This document shows, in pieces, positions 12,781 through 24,800 of a stretch of DNA of 64,000 bases. Position 1 is the first letter of the stretch. Each line of letters starts with the position of its first letter. The position numbers were made by a program, and so were the translations under genes. This stretch comes from Pristiophorus japonicus (lineage: Eukaryota): the NCBI RefSeq assembly GCF_044704955.1, contig NC_092006.1, positions 2,046,001 through 2,110,000 on the forward strand, read 5' to 3'. The notes beneath the pieces were generated by a model. That model made no database searches. It was not told where the DNA came from and saw only the letters and a list, made by a program, of their open reading frames with translations.

Positions 12781-12868
12781 ATGCTGAACGCACGGCTTGT
12801 GTTGTTTGCTCACCTGCTGCTCCTGAGCACTACAGAAAGGACCCCCAGGCTGAAATTTACACTCAAAG
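12781..12868 (+). CDS. Semaphorin-7-like exon 1 (signal peptide)
   Basis: MLNARLVLFAHLLLLSTTERTPRLKFTLK, with the semaphorin PRL motif; donor AAG|GTAC, phase 1. Confidence 0.8.
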
Positions 12869-15800
12869 GTACAATTGCAAAGTCGAATTTATAATGCCAG
12901 CTATTTTAGATTGTGTGCGCGTAAATTTTGGTAAAATCCCCGAGAACAATTTTATCTGCACTCGGAGCCATTGTTTGCAGAGCAACCTGTCTCCCTGGTC
13001 CTTCCTGCCTCTGCTGCATAACTAGACTGTTTTAAAAAGAATTAGGATGAATTCCCCCCACCCCCTCCTGTTTTGGGATCTATTGCCTGCCGCAATCTGC
13101 ATTGCACCAAATTGCAATCCAATGGGACCACATTGCATCTGACCCTCCCAGATGGAGAGAGTGGGTGGGGGGACATAAATCTCCTTTTATGTTTCATCGC
13201 TTCTGCACTTGGGGGATGGGGGGGGGGGCTCTGTTGATGCTGAGGAAATTGGAGAGGCAGAGGGGGGCTGTTTTTTGTTTTAAATTTGCAAAGATTTTTT
13301 TTGTTGCAGAAATGCATTTGAGGGTGCAGAGGGAGGGGGAAGATTGAGTGAAGTGCAGATCCCAGCTGACCATGTTTCATTCTCCCCCCCCACTCCCTCC
13401 CCACAGATCTGCCTCACCTGGAGTTTGGTTCCCTGGAGAAGTACACGGTGCAGTTCCACGACCAGAGGGCAGACACCCTCTACATCGGAGTGACAGGGGC
13501 CGTGCTGAGAGTGACTTTCACCCAATTCAACGCCTCGCACACATCGGTACTGACTGAGCATCGTGTTGTCGATGTGCACCTTGCACTGTGGGGGGGCGGC
13601 TAGGGGGGCGTGCATTGTGTACACGCCTGGCGGCGGCTGCTGCTGCAGGGGTCATGTTTATAAAGATGGCACATCGGAAGATCATGGACGCTGGGAGTCT
13701 TGCCATCTAAAGGTGGAAGATGTCCCTCACTAGGTGGGGAGAGCAGTGTTGAGTGCTTTCAACTGTTGACTACAGAGGGTGGGAGAAAGGGGAGGGGAGG
13801 AGAGTGGTGGGGTGGAGGTGGGAGAGGAGGGGAGTGGGGGAGAGTGGGGGGGGGAGTGGGGGAAAGGGGAGGAGGGGTGGGGTGGAGGAGGAGGAGGGGT
13901 GGGGTGGAGGAGGGAGGAGGGGTGGGGTGGAGGAGGGAGGAGGGGTGGGGTGGAGGAGGGAGGAGGGGTGGGGTGGAGGAGGAGGAGGGGTGGGGGGAGA
14001 GGAGGGGGGGCGGGGGGAGAGGAGTGGGGGCGGGGGGGAGAGGAGTGGGGGCAGGGGGGAGAGGAGTGGGGGCGGGGGGAGAGGAGTGGGGGCGGGGGGA
14101 GAGGAGTGGGGGCGGGGGGGAGAGGAGTGGGGGCGGGGGGAGAGGAGTGGGGCGGGGGGGAGAGGAGTGGGGCGGGGGGGAGAGGAGTGGGGAGAGAGGA
14201 GTGGGGAGAGAGGAGTGGGGAGAGAGGAGTGGGGGAGAGAGGAGTGGGGGAGAGAGGAGTGGGAGAGGAGTGGGGGAGAGAGGAGTGGGGAGAGAGGAGT
14301 GGGGGAGAGAGGAGTGGGGAGAGAGGAGTGGGGGAGAGAGGAGTGGGGGAGAGAGGAGTGGGGGAGGGGGGAGAGAGGAGTGGGGGAGGGGGGAGAGAGG
14401 AGTGGGGGAGGGGGGGAGAGAGGAGTGGGGGAGAGAGGAGTGGGGGGAGAGAGGAGTGGGGGGAGAGAGGAGTGGGGGAGGGGGGAGAGAGGAGTGGGGG
14501 AGGGGGGGAGAGAGGAGTGGGGGAGGGGGGAGAGAGGAGTGGGGGAGGGGGAGAGGAGTGGGGGAGGGGAGAGAGGAGTGGGGGAGGGGGAGAGGAGTGG
14601 GGAGGGGAGAGGGGTGGGGAGGGGAGAGGAGTGGGGGAGGGGGGAGGAGAGAGGAGTGGGGAGGGGGGAGAGGGAGTGGGGGAGGGGGAGAGAGGAGTGG
14701 GGAGGGGGGAGTGGGGGGGGGAGGGGAGAGGATGGGGGAGGGGGGAGAGGAGGAGTGGGGGGGGAGGGGGGAGTGGGGAGGGGGGAGTGGGGGGAGGGGG
14801 AGAGGAGGAGTGGGGGGAGGAGGAGTGGGGGGAGGGGGAGAGGAGGAGGGGGGNNNNNNNNNNNNNNNNNNNNNNNNNNNNNNNNNNNNNNNNNNNNNNN
14901 NNNNNNNNNNNNNNNNNNNNNNNNNNNNNNNNNNNNNNNNNNNNNNNNNNNNNNNNNNNNNNNNNNNNNNNNNNNNNNNNNNNNNNNNNNNNNNNNNNNN
15001 NNNNNNNNNNNNNNNNNNNNNNNNNNNNNNNNNNNNNNNNNNNNNNNNNNNNNCACGGGAAAGCTGCAAGAGCAAAGGGCCCCCAAGCCAGGTAAGGCCG
15101 AGCGAGCGATCGCATCTGCCGGCGACTGCTCGGGGTTGAAGAGTCAGATTCTGCGGTATCTGTGCCAAACAGGGTCAGTGTGTAGTACAGCCACGCCCGC
15201 CCACCGTATGTCAGTGAGGCACACCCCACCCTGAAGCACTGCTGTGGAGAATAGTGATCGACGGACTGAGCTTGATAGCTGGTTGGAGATTGTGACGCTG
15301 CTGTTGTGTGCGGTTGCAACAGATCAGTCGTGATTCGCTGTCTGCCTACACAGGAACAGGAGGAGGCCATTCAGCCCCTCCAGCCTGCTGCGCCATTTTG
15401 CTGAGACCACGGCTGATCTGTACCTCGGTTATTCTGTGCGATCCCGTGCACGCACTGATGTGAATCAGATGCCCTAACTGTGCATCGCTGCGAATTATCG
15501 ACAGCACGGGAACAGGCCATTCGGCCCATCGGCTCCGTGCCGGGGTCTATGCCCCCTCCCACCCCTCTCCATCTCAACCCATCAGCAACATAACCACCAT
15601 GCCACTGCACCCCCTCATGGTTAAGTCACTGCACCAGTAATCCCGAGGTCTGGACTAATAATCTGGAATTGAGAGTTCAAATCACGGCAGCTGGGGTATT
15701 TAAATTCAGTTAATTCAATAAATCTGGAATGAAAAAGCTAGGATCAGTGAACGGTGATCATGAAACTACCAGATTGTCGTAAAAACCCGTCGGGTTCACT

Positions 15801-18800
15801 GATGTCCTTCAGTGAGGGAAATCTGACGCCCTTACCCGGTCTGGCCGATATGTGTCTCCAGACCCACAGCATGTGGTCGACTCTTAACGGCCCTCTGGCC
15901 CAGCGAGACGCTCAGGTGTATCAAACCACTACAACAAAGTCAGCACTGTGGGAGCACCTTCACCACACGGACTGCAGCGGTTCAAGGCGGCGGCTCACCA
16001 CCACCTTCTCAAGGGGCAATTAGGGAGGGGCAATAAATGCCGGCCTTGCCAGCGACCCCCACATCTCGTTAACCAATTTAAAAATATACATCTCCTTGTA
16101 TTCCTTTCTCCCTTTTGTGGGGGATCAAGCATCAGTGGAATCTGCTTCAACTGTGCACAGTGCTCCGAGTGTGGTCTAACCCAGGTATATGGAGACCAGA
16201 ACTGTGCGCAGTGCTCCGAGTGTGGTCTAACCCAGGTATATGGAGACCAGAACTGTGCACAGTGCTCCGAGTGTGGTCTAACCCAGGTATATGGAGACCA
16301 GAACTGTGCGCAGAGCTGCAAGTGTGGTCTGACTAAGGGTCGATATAAATTTAACATTACCTCCTTGCGTTTGTAATCTTATCCTCTAGAAATGAACCTT
16401 AGTACAATGTTTACACTTCTTTATTGTATGTTATCTTGGGTGTCATTCGTGGCTTGGTGGGCAGCACTCTCACCTCTGAGTCAGAAGGTCATGGGTTCAA
16501 GTTCTACTCCAGGCCGATATTCCCAGTGTTGTACTGAGGGAGCGCCGCACAGTCGGAGGGGCGGTACTGAGGGAGCCCCGCACTGTCGGAGGGGCGGTAC
16601 TGAGGGAGCGCCGCACTGTCGGAGGGGCGGTACTGAGGGAGCGCCGCACTGTCAGAGGGTCAGTACTGAGGGAGCGCCGCACTGTCGGAGGGGCGGTACT
16701 GAGGGAGCCCCGCACTGTCGGAGGGTCAGTACTGAGGGAGCGCCGCACCGTCGGAGGGGCAGTACTGAAGGAGTGCCGCACAGTCGGAGGGGCAGTACTG
16801 AGGGAGTGCCGCACAGTCGGAGGGGCAGTACTGAGGGAGCCCCGCACTGTCGGAGGGGCGGTACTGAGGGAGCGCCGCACTGTCGGAGGGGCGGTGCTGA
16901 GGGAGCGCCGCACTGTCGGAGGGGCGGTACTGAGGGAGCCCCGCACAGTCGGAGGGGCGGTACTGAGGGAGCGCCGCAGAGTCGGAGGGGCGGTACTGAG
17001 GGAGCCCCGCACTGTCGGAGGGGCGGTACTGAGGGAGCGCCGCACAGTCGGAGGGGCGGTACTGAGGGAGCCCTGCACTGTCGGAGGGGCGGTACTGAGG
17101 GAGCCCTGCACTGTCGGAGGGGCGGTACTGAGGGAGCCCCGCACAATCGGAGGGGCGGTACTGAGGGAGCCCCGCACAGTCGGAGGAGCGGTACTGAGGG
17201 AGCCCCGCACAGTCGGAGGGGCAGTGCTGAGGGAGCCCCGCACTGTCGGAGAAGCGGTACTGAGGGAGCCCTGCACAGTCGGAGGGGCAGTACTGAGGGA
17301 GTGCCGCACTGTCGGAGGAGCGGTACTGAGGGAGCCCCGCACAGTCGGAGGGGCAGTACTGAGGGAGCCCCGCACAGTTGGAGGGGCAGTGCTGAGGGAG
17401 TGCCGCACTGTCGGAGGAGCGGTACTGAGGGAGCACCGCACTGTCGGAGGGGCAGTGCTGAGGGAGCCCCGCACAGTCGGAGGGGCAGTGCTGAGGGAGC
17501 CCCGCACAGTCGGAGGAGCGGTACTGAGGGAGCACCGCACTGTCGGAGGGGCAGTGCTGAGGGAGCCCCGCACAGTCGGAGGAGCGGTACTGAGGGAGCC
17601 CCGCACAGTCGGAGGGGCAGTACTGAGGGAGCGCCGCACTGTCGGAGGGGCAGTGCTGAGGGAGTGCCGCACTGTCGGAGGGGCAGTACTGAGGGAGCCC
17701 CGCACAGTCGGAGGGGCAGTACTGAGGGAGCGCCGCACTGTCGGAGGGGCAGTGCTGAGGGAGTGCCGCACTGTCGGAGGGGCGGTACTGAGGGAGCCTC
17801 TAACCAATTGATCACTAGGCAGCCTGTTCAAGTCCTAAGACACCCCGCGGGCACTGCCAGTGTGGACGGACTGGTTGTTATTAAGGCCGTCAGCCTTGAC
17901 TGTAACACTGTGCTTTCCACTCCCCGTTCACAGGACGACTGTGAGAACGTGATCACGGTGATAGAGCGGGTGAACAGCAGCACGGTCATGGTCTGCGGGA
18001 CCCACGCTGGAAGCCCCACCTGCTGGTTTCTGGTAAAAAAAAAAGCTTTTGTCAAACTTTGTCGCGTTAAAACGAACCGGTTCGATCAGTAGTGAGGCTC
18101 GGCCCCGGTTTACCGTGCAGAGTCACTGTCTGTCTGTGACTGCCCACAAAGCAAATCTACTGTTTCTGGGAACATTCCCGGATGAGGGACTGTGTCCCCG
18201 GAAGTCTGCGCGATTCTTGAATCTCGTCCCCGAATAGACTAGAGCCATAATCGCTGGAATATATACATTTCTTCGTCTTCTTAGACAGTCCCTCGAATCG
18301 AGGATGACTTGCAGGACTATTGTATGAGGAGGGATTGGGTCGACTGGGCCTGTATTCACCGGAGTTTAGAAGAATGAGAGGGGATCTCATTGAAAGGTAT
18401 AAAATTCTGACGGGGTTGGACAGACTGGATGTGGGGAGGATGTTTCCCGGGGCTGGGAAGTCTAGAACAAGGGGTCACAGTCTCAGGATACGGGGCAGGG
18501 AATTTAGGACTGAGATGAGGAGAAATGTTTTCACTCCGAGGGTGGTGAACCTGTGGAATTCTCTACCACAGAAGGCTGTGGAGGCCAAGTCACTGAATAT
18601 ATTTAAGAGGGAGATAGATAGATTTCGAGACACAAAAGGCATCCAGGGGTATTGAGAGAAAGCAGGAATATGGTGTTGGGATAGAGGATCAGCTATGATC
18701 ATATTGAATGGCGGTGCAGACTTGAAGGGCCGAATGGCCTACTACTGCACCTATTTTCTATGTTTCTATGCTTCCATGCCAAAAAGGGATGTGTTCAATG

Positions 18801-21800
18801 AGTTCACAGGTGTTTCAATGAAGGACCTAATATTCCGGGTCCCGAACTACATCCTGAAGGGTGGAAGGTGCCTGTGCTTGGATTTTTTTAACGTGGGTGT
18901 GGCCGTTGTACATCAGCCACCACAGGGGCTTGACAGAGCTAGGGCTTGGTCCACTGGCAAGGATTACCCAAGACAACTGGAGACCTGCTCTGCTGCACGG
19001 ACCTAGTGCGCACACATATCGCAGTGTGGGCTGGGCCCGTGCTGCCCCTGGGCCCTCGCCTCTGCTGGGCCCCGAGCTCACGCCTCCCCTGGGCCACGAT
19101 CACATCGCTCTGCAATCTCTCGCCGCTCCTGCTGTACCTGCCCACGCTCCCATCACCGACCTTTGCAGCCATCGCCCTCCTGCCCCAGGCTCGCTGCTCC
19201 CTGGAGTGCTATGTTCCTTTTTGCTGCCATCTTGCCTGCTCACTTAATATGTCTGTATACCTTCGCAGCTTCTATACCTCCTCCTCACAGCTTACTTTCC
19301 CACCTAGCTTTGTATCGTCAGCAAACTTGGATACATTACACTCGGCCCCTTCATGGCAATACATATCACATAGCGTTAGTCATAATCACAGTTTCAGGTC
19401 AGTGGACTGAAGTGTTAGGGGCTGAAATCCGGCGTCTTAGTGCCAACCGTTAGCGGCCCAGAACGGGCGCTAAGCCCCTCCCACCCGAGCGCCGCGTTGT
19501 CAGCGCCTTCCGCGAACTCCAGCGCCGGTTTAGTGTCGGCACTGTCCGTCTGAGCTAAGCTCGCGAGCCCCACCGACCCGGTGACGTCAGTGAATGTGCA
19601 ATGCACCCTGTCAGCGCTATGATTGCAAGCCCCGCCCCACCCAGTGATGTCACCGAGTGTGCAGCGCCCCGTCAGCGCTACGATCGCAAGCCCCGCCCCA
19701 CCCAGTGATGTCAGCGCTACGATCGCAAGCCCCGCCCACCCAGTGATGTCACCGAGTGTGCAACGCCCTGTCAGCGCTACGATCGCAAGCCCCGCCCCAC
19801 CCAGTGATGTCAGCGCTACGATCACAAGCCCCGCCCACCTAGTGATGTCACCGAGTGTGCAACACCCTGTCAGCGCTACAATCGCAAGCCCCGCCCCACC
19901 CAGTGATGTCACCGAGTGTGCAACGCCCCGTCAGCGCTATGATCGCAAGCCCCACCCCACCCAGTGATGTCACCGAGTGTGCAGCGCCCCGTCAGCGCTA
20001 CGATCGCAAGCCCCACCCCACCCAGTGATGTCACCGAGTGTGCAGCGCCCCGTCAGCGCTACGATCGCAAGCCCCGCCCCACCCAGTGATGTCAGTGCTA
20101 CGATCACAAGCCCCGCCCACCCAGTGATGTCACCGAGTGTGCAACACCCTGTCAGCGCTACGATCGCAAGCCCCGCCCCACCCAGTGATGTCACCGAGTG
20201 TGCAACGCCCTGTCAGCGCTACGATTGCAAGCCCCGCCCCACCCAGTGATGTCAGCGCTACGATCACAAGCCCCGCCCACCTAGTGATGTCACCGAGTGT
20301 GCAACACCCTGTCAGCGCTACGATCGCAAGCCCCGCCCCACCCAGTGATGTCACCGAGTGTGCAACGCCCTGTCAGCGCTACGATCGCAAGCCCCGCCCA
20401 CCCGGTGACCGTGAACTTGACTCCTTTGGCCTGCCGTAGCACACGCCGCCACTTCTGACGGGGGAAGCAGTCGGTACGTTGGTGATCCCGGGGCGGTGTC
20501 GTCTGGAGAGCAAGACGTGTGGTGACAGGTCATTTTTTTCCTATTTATTTGTGGAGGCAAATATTTGGGGAAGTGGGAGGTGTGGGCCACTGAAATATTT
20601 TTACCAAGAATTTTTTTTTCCTTCTTCAGGCGCTGGGATGCCGGCATCCAGTCGGCCAAATATTGACTAGGCCCCATGCCCTATCGCTCAGTTAGCGCCC
20701 GAAGAGGAGTGTGGATCGCTTCTCTTCGTGCTCCACTCTCCTCTTAGGGTCATACGACTGAATATCGCACTTTGAGGCGATAGTGCCTGGCGCTAAAGTT
20801 AGCAACCAGCCAGTGCAACAATCTCAATGCAGGAGGCACCAAATTTTGGCCCTTATTGTATTACAGGCAACTCTCGATTACCTGGGTCCCTCGGGGATTG
20901 GGCTATGCCGGGTAAACGATTTCTCCGTTAGAGCGTTTGACATTATAAAGTTAAAACCCGATGCCTTCTCGGCCAAAATTTTAAATCCCGTTACAATGGT
21001 TTCCCGTTGGATCCATGTGCGGATAATCGGGAGTTTGCCTGTATTTCTGAATACACTTCAAAAGTGTGCCGTCACATCTGCAGCAAGGCTATGCAGGTTT
21101 GATTTGCATTTGTAGTGTGTATGTGCTAAGAAATCTTGCCTGCCAATGCTGCACACTTTCCGCCCCGGTAACTGTGCTGCGCTCCCACCCTATGTGTCCG
21201 CGAATTCGGTTTGGGAATTGCGGCCATCCTTCTTTCACCTCCCTCTTTTTCAGCGGAATAACGGGACTCAGCTGGTGATGGACAAAGAGGGGCACGGGTT
21301 TGTGATAGACGGGAAAGAGATCTCGCCCCCATCACCGGCTCAACGTCCAGTCACCATCGCAGTAGGTCAGTATCTGAGCTCAAGAAGGTTTCAAGGCCTT
21401 TTTTGGCGGGTGTCGGTGCAGAGCAAGACAGAGCACTCAGCTCTCCCGTTCAATCTCGGGGCGGTGCTGAGTCAGCTGAGCTTAGCCAGGGTAGGGGTAG
21501 GTGCCCTGGCTCAGTGGGAATCATATTCACCTCTGGGTCAGAGGGTTGTGGATTCGAGTCCCAATCCAGAGACACGAACACAAATTCCAGACTGGCACTC
21601 CCAGTGCCAGTACTGAGGGAGCGCTGCACTGTCGGAGGGCCAGTACTGAGGGAGTGCCGCACTGTCGGAGGGGCAGTACTGAGGGAGCGCCACACTGTCG
21701 GAGGGGCAGTACTGACGGAGCGCCACACTGTCGGAGGGCCAGTACTGACGGAGCGCCACACTGTCGGAGGGCCAGTACTGAGGGAGCGCCACACTGTCGG

Positions 21801-24800
21801 AGGGCCAGTACTGAGGGAGCGCCACACTGTCGGAGGGCCAGTACTGAGGGAGCGCCACACTGTCGGAGGGCCAGTACTGAGGGAGCGCCACACTGTCGGA
21901 GGGGCGGTACTGAGGGAGGGCCACACTGTCAGAGGGGCAGTACTGAGGGAGGGCCGCACTGTCGGAGGGCCAGTAGTGAGGGAGCGCCGCACTGTCGGAG
22001 GGGCGTTGCGATTGTGCACAGTGGGATTGAATGGGAAGGGGTTTGGGTCCATTGGGATTGTGTACAGTAGGAGTGAATGGGAAGGGGTTTGTGTCCATTG
22101 GGATTGTGTACAGTGGGAGTGAATGGGAAGGGGTTTGTGTCCATTGGGATTGTGTACAGTGGGAGTGAATGGGAAGGGGTTTGTGTCCATTGGGATTGTG
22201 TACAGTGCTAGTGAATGGGAAGGGGTTTGGGTCCATTAGGATTGTGTACAGTGGGAGTGAATGGGAAGGGGTTTGGGTCCATTGGAATTGTGTACAGTGG
22301 GAGCAACTGCCCTGACCCCAGGCATGCCAACACAATCGGCTGCCTATTGACCATTACGAATGAATGGAATGACGGGGGGCAGTTGGACCAGAGAATTGTA
22401 ATTCACTTCTCTCCTCTCTTGCCCGCAGAGGGAAACCTGTACTCAGCAATGACCAGCAGCGGCACCATTCAGCGCAGTTACTGGAAGGGGAAGCACCTGA
22501 GGACCGAGGACAAATGGTTCCAGAGTAAGTATCGCTCAGCAGACTCAGACAGTCACCGGTGACACACCGTAGTATTACAGTGAGTGACTGGGCCGCCTGC
22601 ACTGACCTGCTGCCTTGTTCGCAACATTTTCCCAAAACAGAAGATTGAAAAATGGTTGTGAGGAGTACGATGTCAGCTGTGGCTCAGTGGGTAGCAATCT
22701 CGGCTCGGAGTCAGAATTCTGTGGGTTCAAGTCCCACTCCAGGGACTTGAGAACATGCGAGTGAGGACAAGGATGAAGCCATTCGGCCCCTCGAGCCTGC
22801 TCCGCCAGTCAATAAGATCACGGCTGATCTTCGACCTCAGCTCCACTTTCCTGCCCGATCCCCATCTCCCTCGATTCCCCTCGAGTCCAAAAATCTATCG
22901 ATCTCAGCCTTGAATATACTCAACGACTGAGCCTCCACAGCCCTCTGGGGCAGAGAATTCCAAAGATTCACCCCCCTCTGAGTGTAGAAATTCCTCCTCA
23001 TCTCAGTCCGAAATGGCCGAGCCCTTATCCCGAGACTGTGACCCCTGGTTCTAGACTCCCCAACCCGGGGGAAACATCCTCCCTGCATCTACCCTGTCAA
23101 TCCCCCTCAGAATCTTATACGTTTCAATGAGATCGCCTCTCATTCTTCTAAACTCCAGAGTAGAGAACTAGGGGGCATATAATCTTAGAATAAGGGGCTG
23201 CCCATTTAAAACTGAGATGAGGAGGAATTTCTTCTCTCAGAGGGTTGTAAATCTGTGGAATTCGCTGCCTCAGAGAGCTGTGGAGGCTGGGTCATTGAGT
23301 AAGTTTAAGACAGAGATGGACAGTTTCTTAACCGCTAAGGGAATAAGGCGTTAAGAGAAGCGGGCAGGGAAGTGGAGCTGAGTTCATGATCGAATCAGCC
23401 ATGATCGTATTGAATGGCGGAGCAGGCTCGAGGGGCCGTATGGCCTGCTCCTGCTCCTATTTCTTATGTAGAGGCCAAATCTACTCAATATGAGCGCAAA
23501 ATCCAGGCTGACGCTCCCAGTGCTCGTACTGAGGGAGCGCTGCACTGTCGCAGATGCTGTCTTTCGGATGAGATGTTAAAACGTGGCCTTCTCTGCTCTT
23601 TCAGAACACTGTCTCGTTAACCTGTCTTTTCAAATGCAGCCCAATCTGGTGTGTGTTGCACTTCTCTTTGTCAATATGTAATTGCCCAACATCAATCACC
23701 AGCCTCAACTGTGGTTCCAATAAGGTTCTTGTATCGTCCGTGTTAGATCCAACGTTTGTGGGGTCAGCTTGGATTAAACTCAAAGACAGCAGTAAGGATG
23801 AGATTTACTTTTTCTTCAGCGAGACCGAGGACAGTGCAGGTTTGGATGGGAAGCCCTACAGGTCCCGCATTGGGCGTGTGTGCAAGGTAAGGCCAACCTT
23901 ACTGTACTGAGTACTTAGCAATACTGAGGGAGTGCCGCAGTGTCAGAGGGGCGGGACTGAGGGAGCGCCGCAGTGTCGGAGGAGCGGGACTGAGGGAGCG
24001 CCGCACTGTCGGAGGGGCGGGACTGAGGGAGTGCCGCACTGTCGGAGGGGCGGGACTGAGGGAGCGCCGCACTGTCGGAGGGGCGGGACTGAGGGAGCGC
24101 CGCAGTGTCGGAGGGGCAGTACTGAGGGAGTGCCGCACTGTCGGAGGGGCAGTACTGAGGGAGTGCCGCACTGTCAGAGGGGCGGTACTGAGGGAGCGCC
24201 GCACTGTCGGAGGGGCAGTACTGAGGGAGCGCCGCACTGTCGGAGGGGCGGTACTGAGGGAGCGCCGCAGTGTCAGAGGGGCAGTACTGAGGGAGCGCCG
24301 CACTGTCGGAGGGGCGGGACTGCGGGAGCGCCGCACTGTCGGAGGGGCGGGACTGAGGGAGCGCCGCACTGTCGGAGGGGCGGGACTGAGGGAGCGCCGC
24401 ACTGTCGGAGGGGCCGTATGAGGGAGCGCCGCACTGTCAGAGGGGCCGTACTGAGGGAGCGCCGCACTGTCGGAGGGGCGGGACTGAGGGAGCGCCGCAG
24501 TGTCGGAGGGGCAGTACTGAGGGAGTGCCGCACTGTCAGAGGGGCGGTACTGAGGGAGCGCCGCACTGTCGGAGGGGCGGGACTGAGGGAGCGCCGCACT
24601 GCGCTGTCGGAGGGGCCGTACTGAGGGAGCCCCACATTGTCGGAGGAGCAGTACTGAGGGAGTGCTACACTGTCGGAGGTGCCATCTTTTGGATGAGACT
24701 TTAAACCGAGGTCCCAAAGATCCCACGGCCACTATTTGGAAGAAGAGCAGGGGGAGTTCTCCCCGGTGTCCTGGGGCCAATATTTATCCCTCAACCATCA

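Noticed and set aside
13700-15370. Gly/Glu- or Pro-rich ORFs
   Set aside because: Low-complexity G tract and Ns.
22672-22752. tRNA-like sequences (also 11400-11498, 16440, 21503, 49465, 59782)
   Set aside because: SINE heads with A/B boxes that continue into SINE body; no complete cloverleaf evident.
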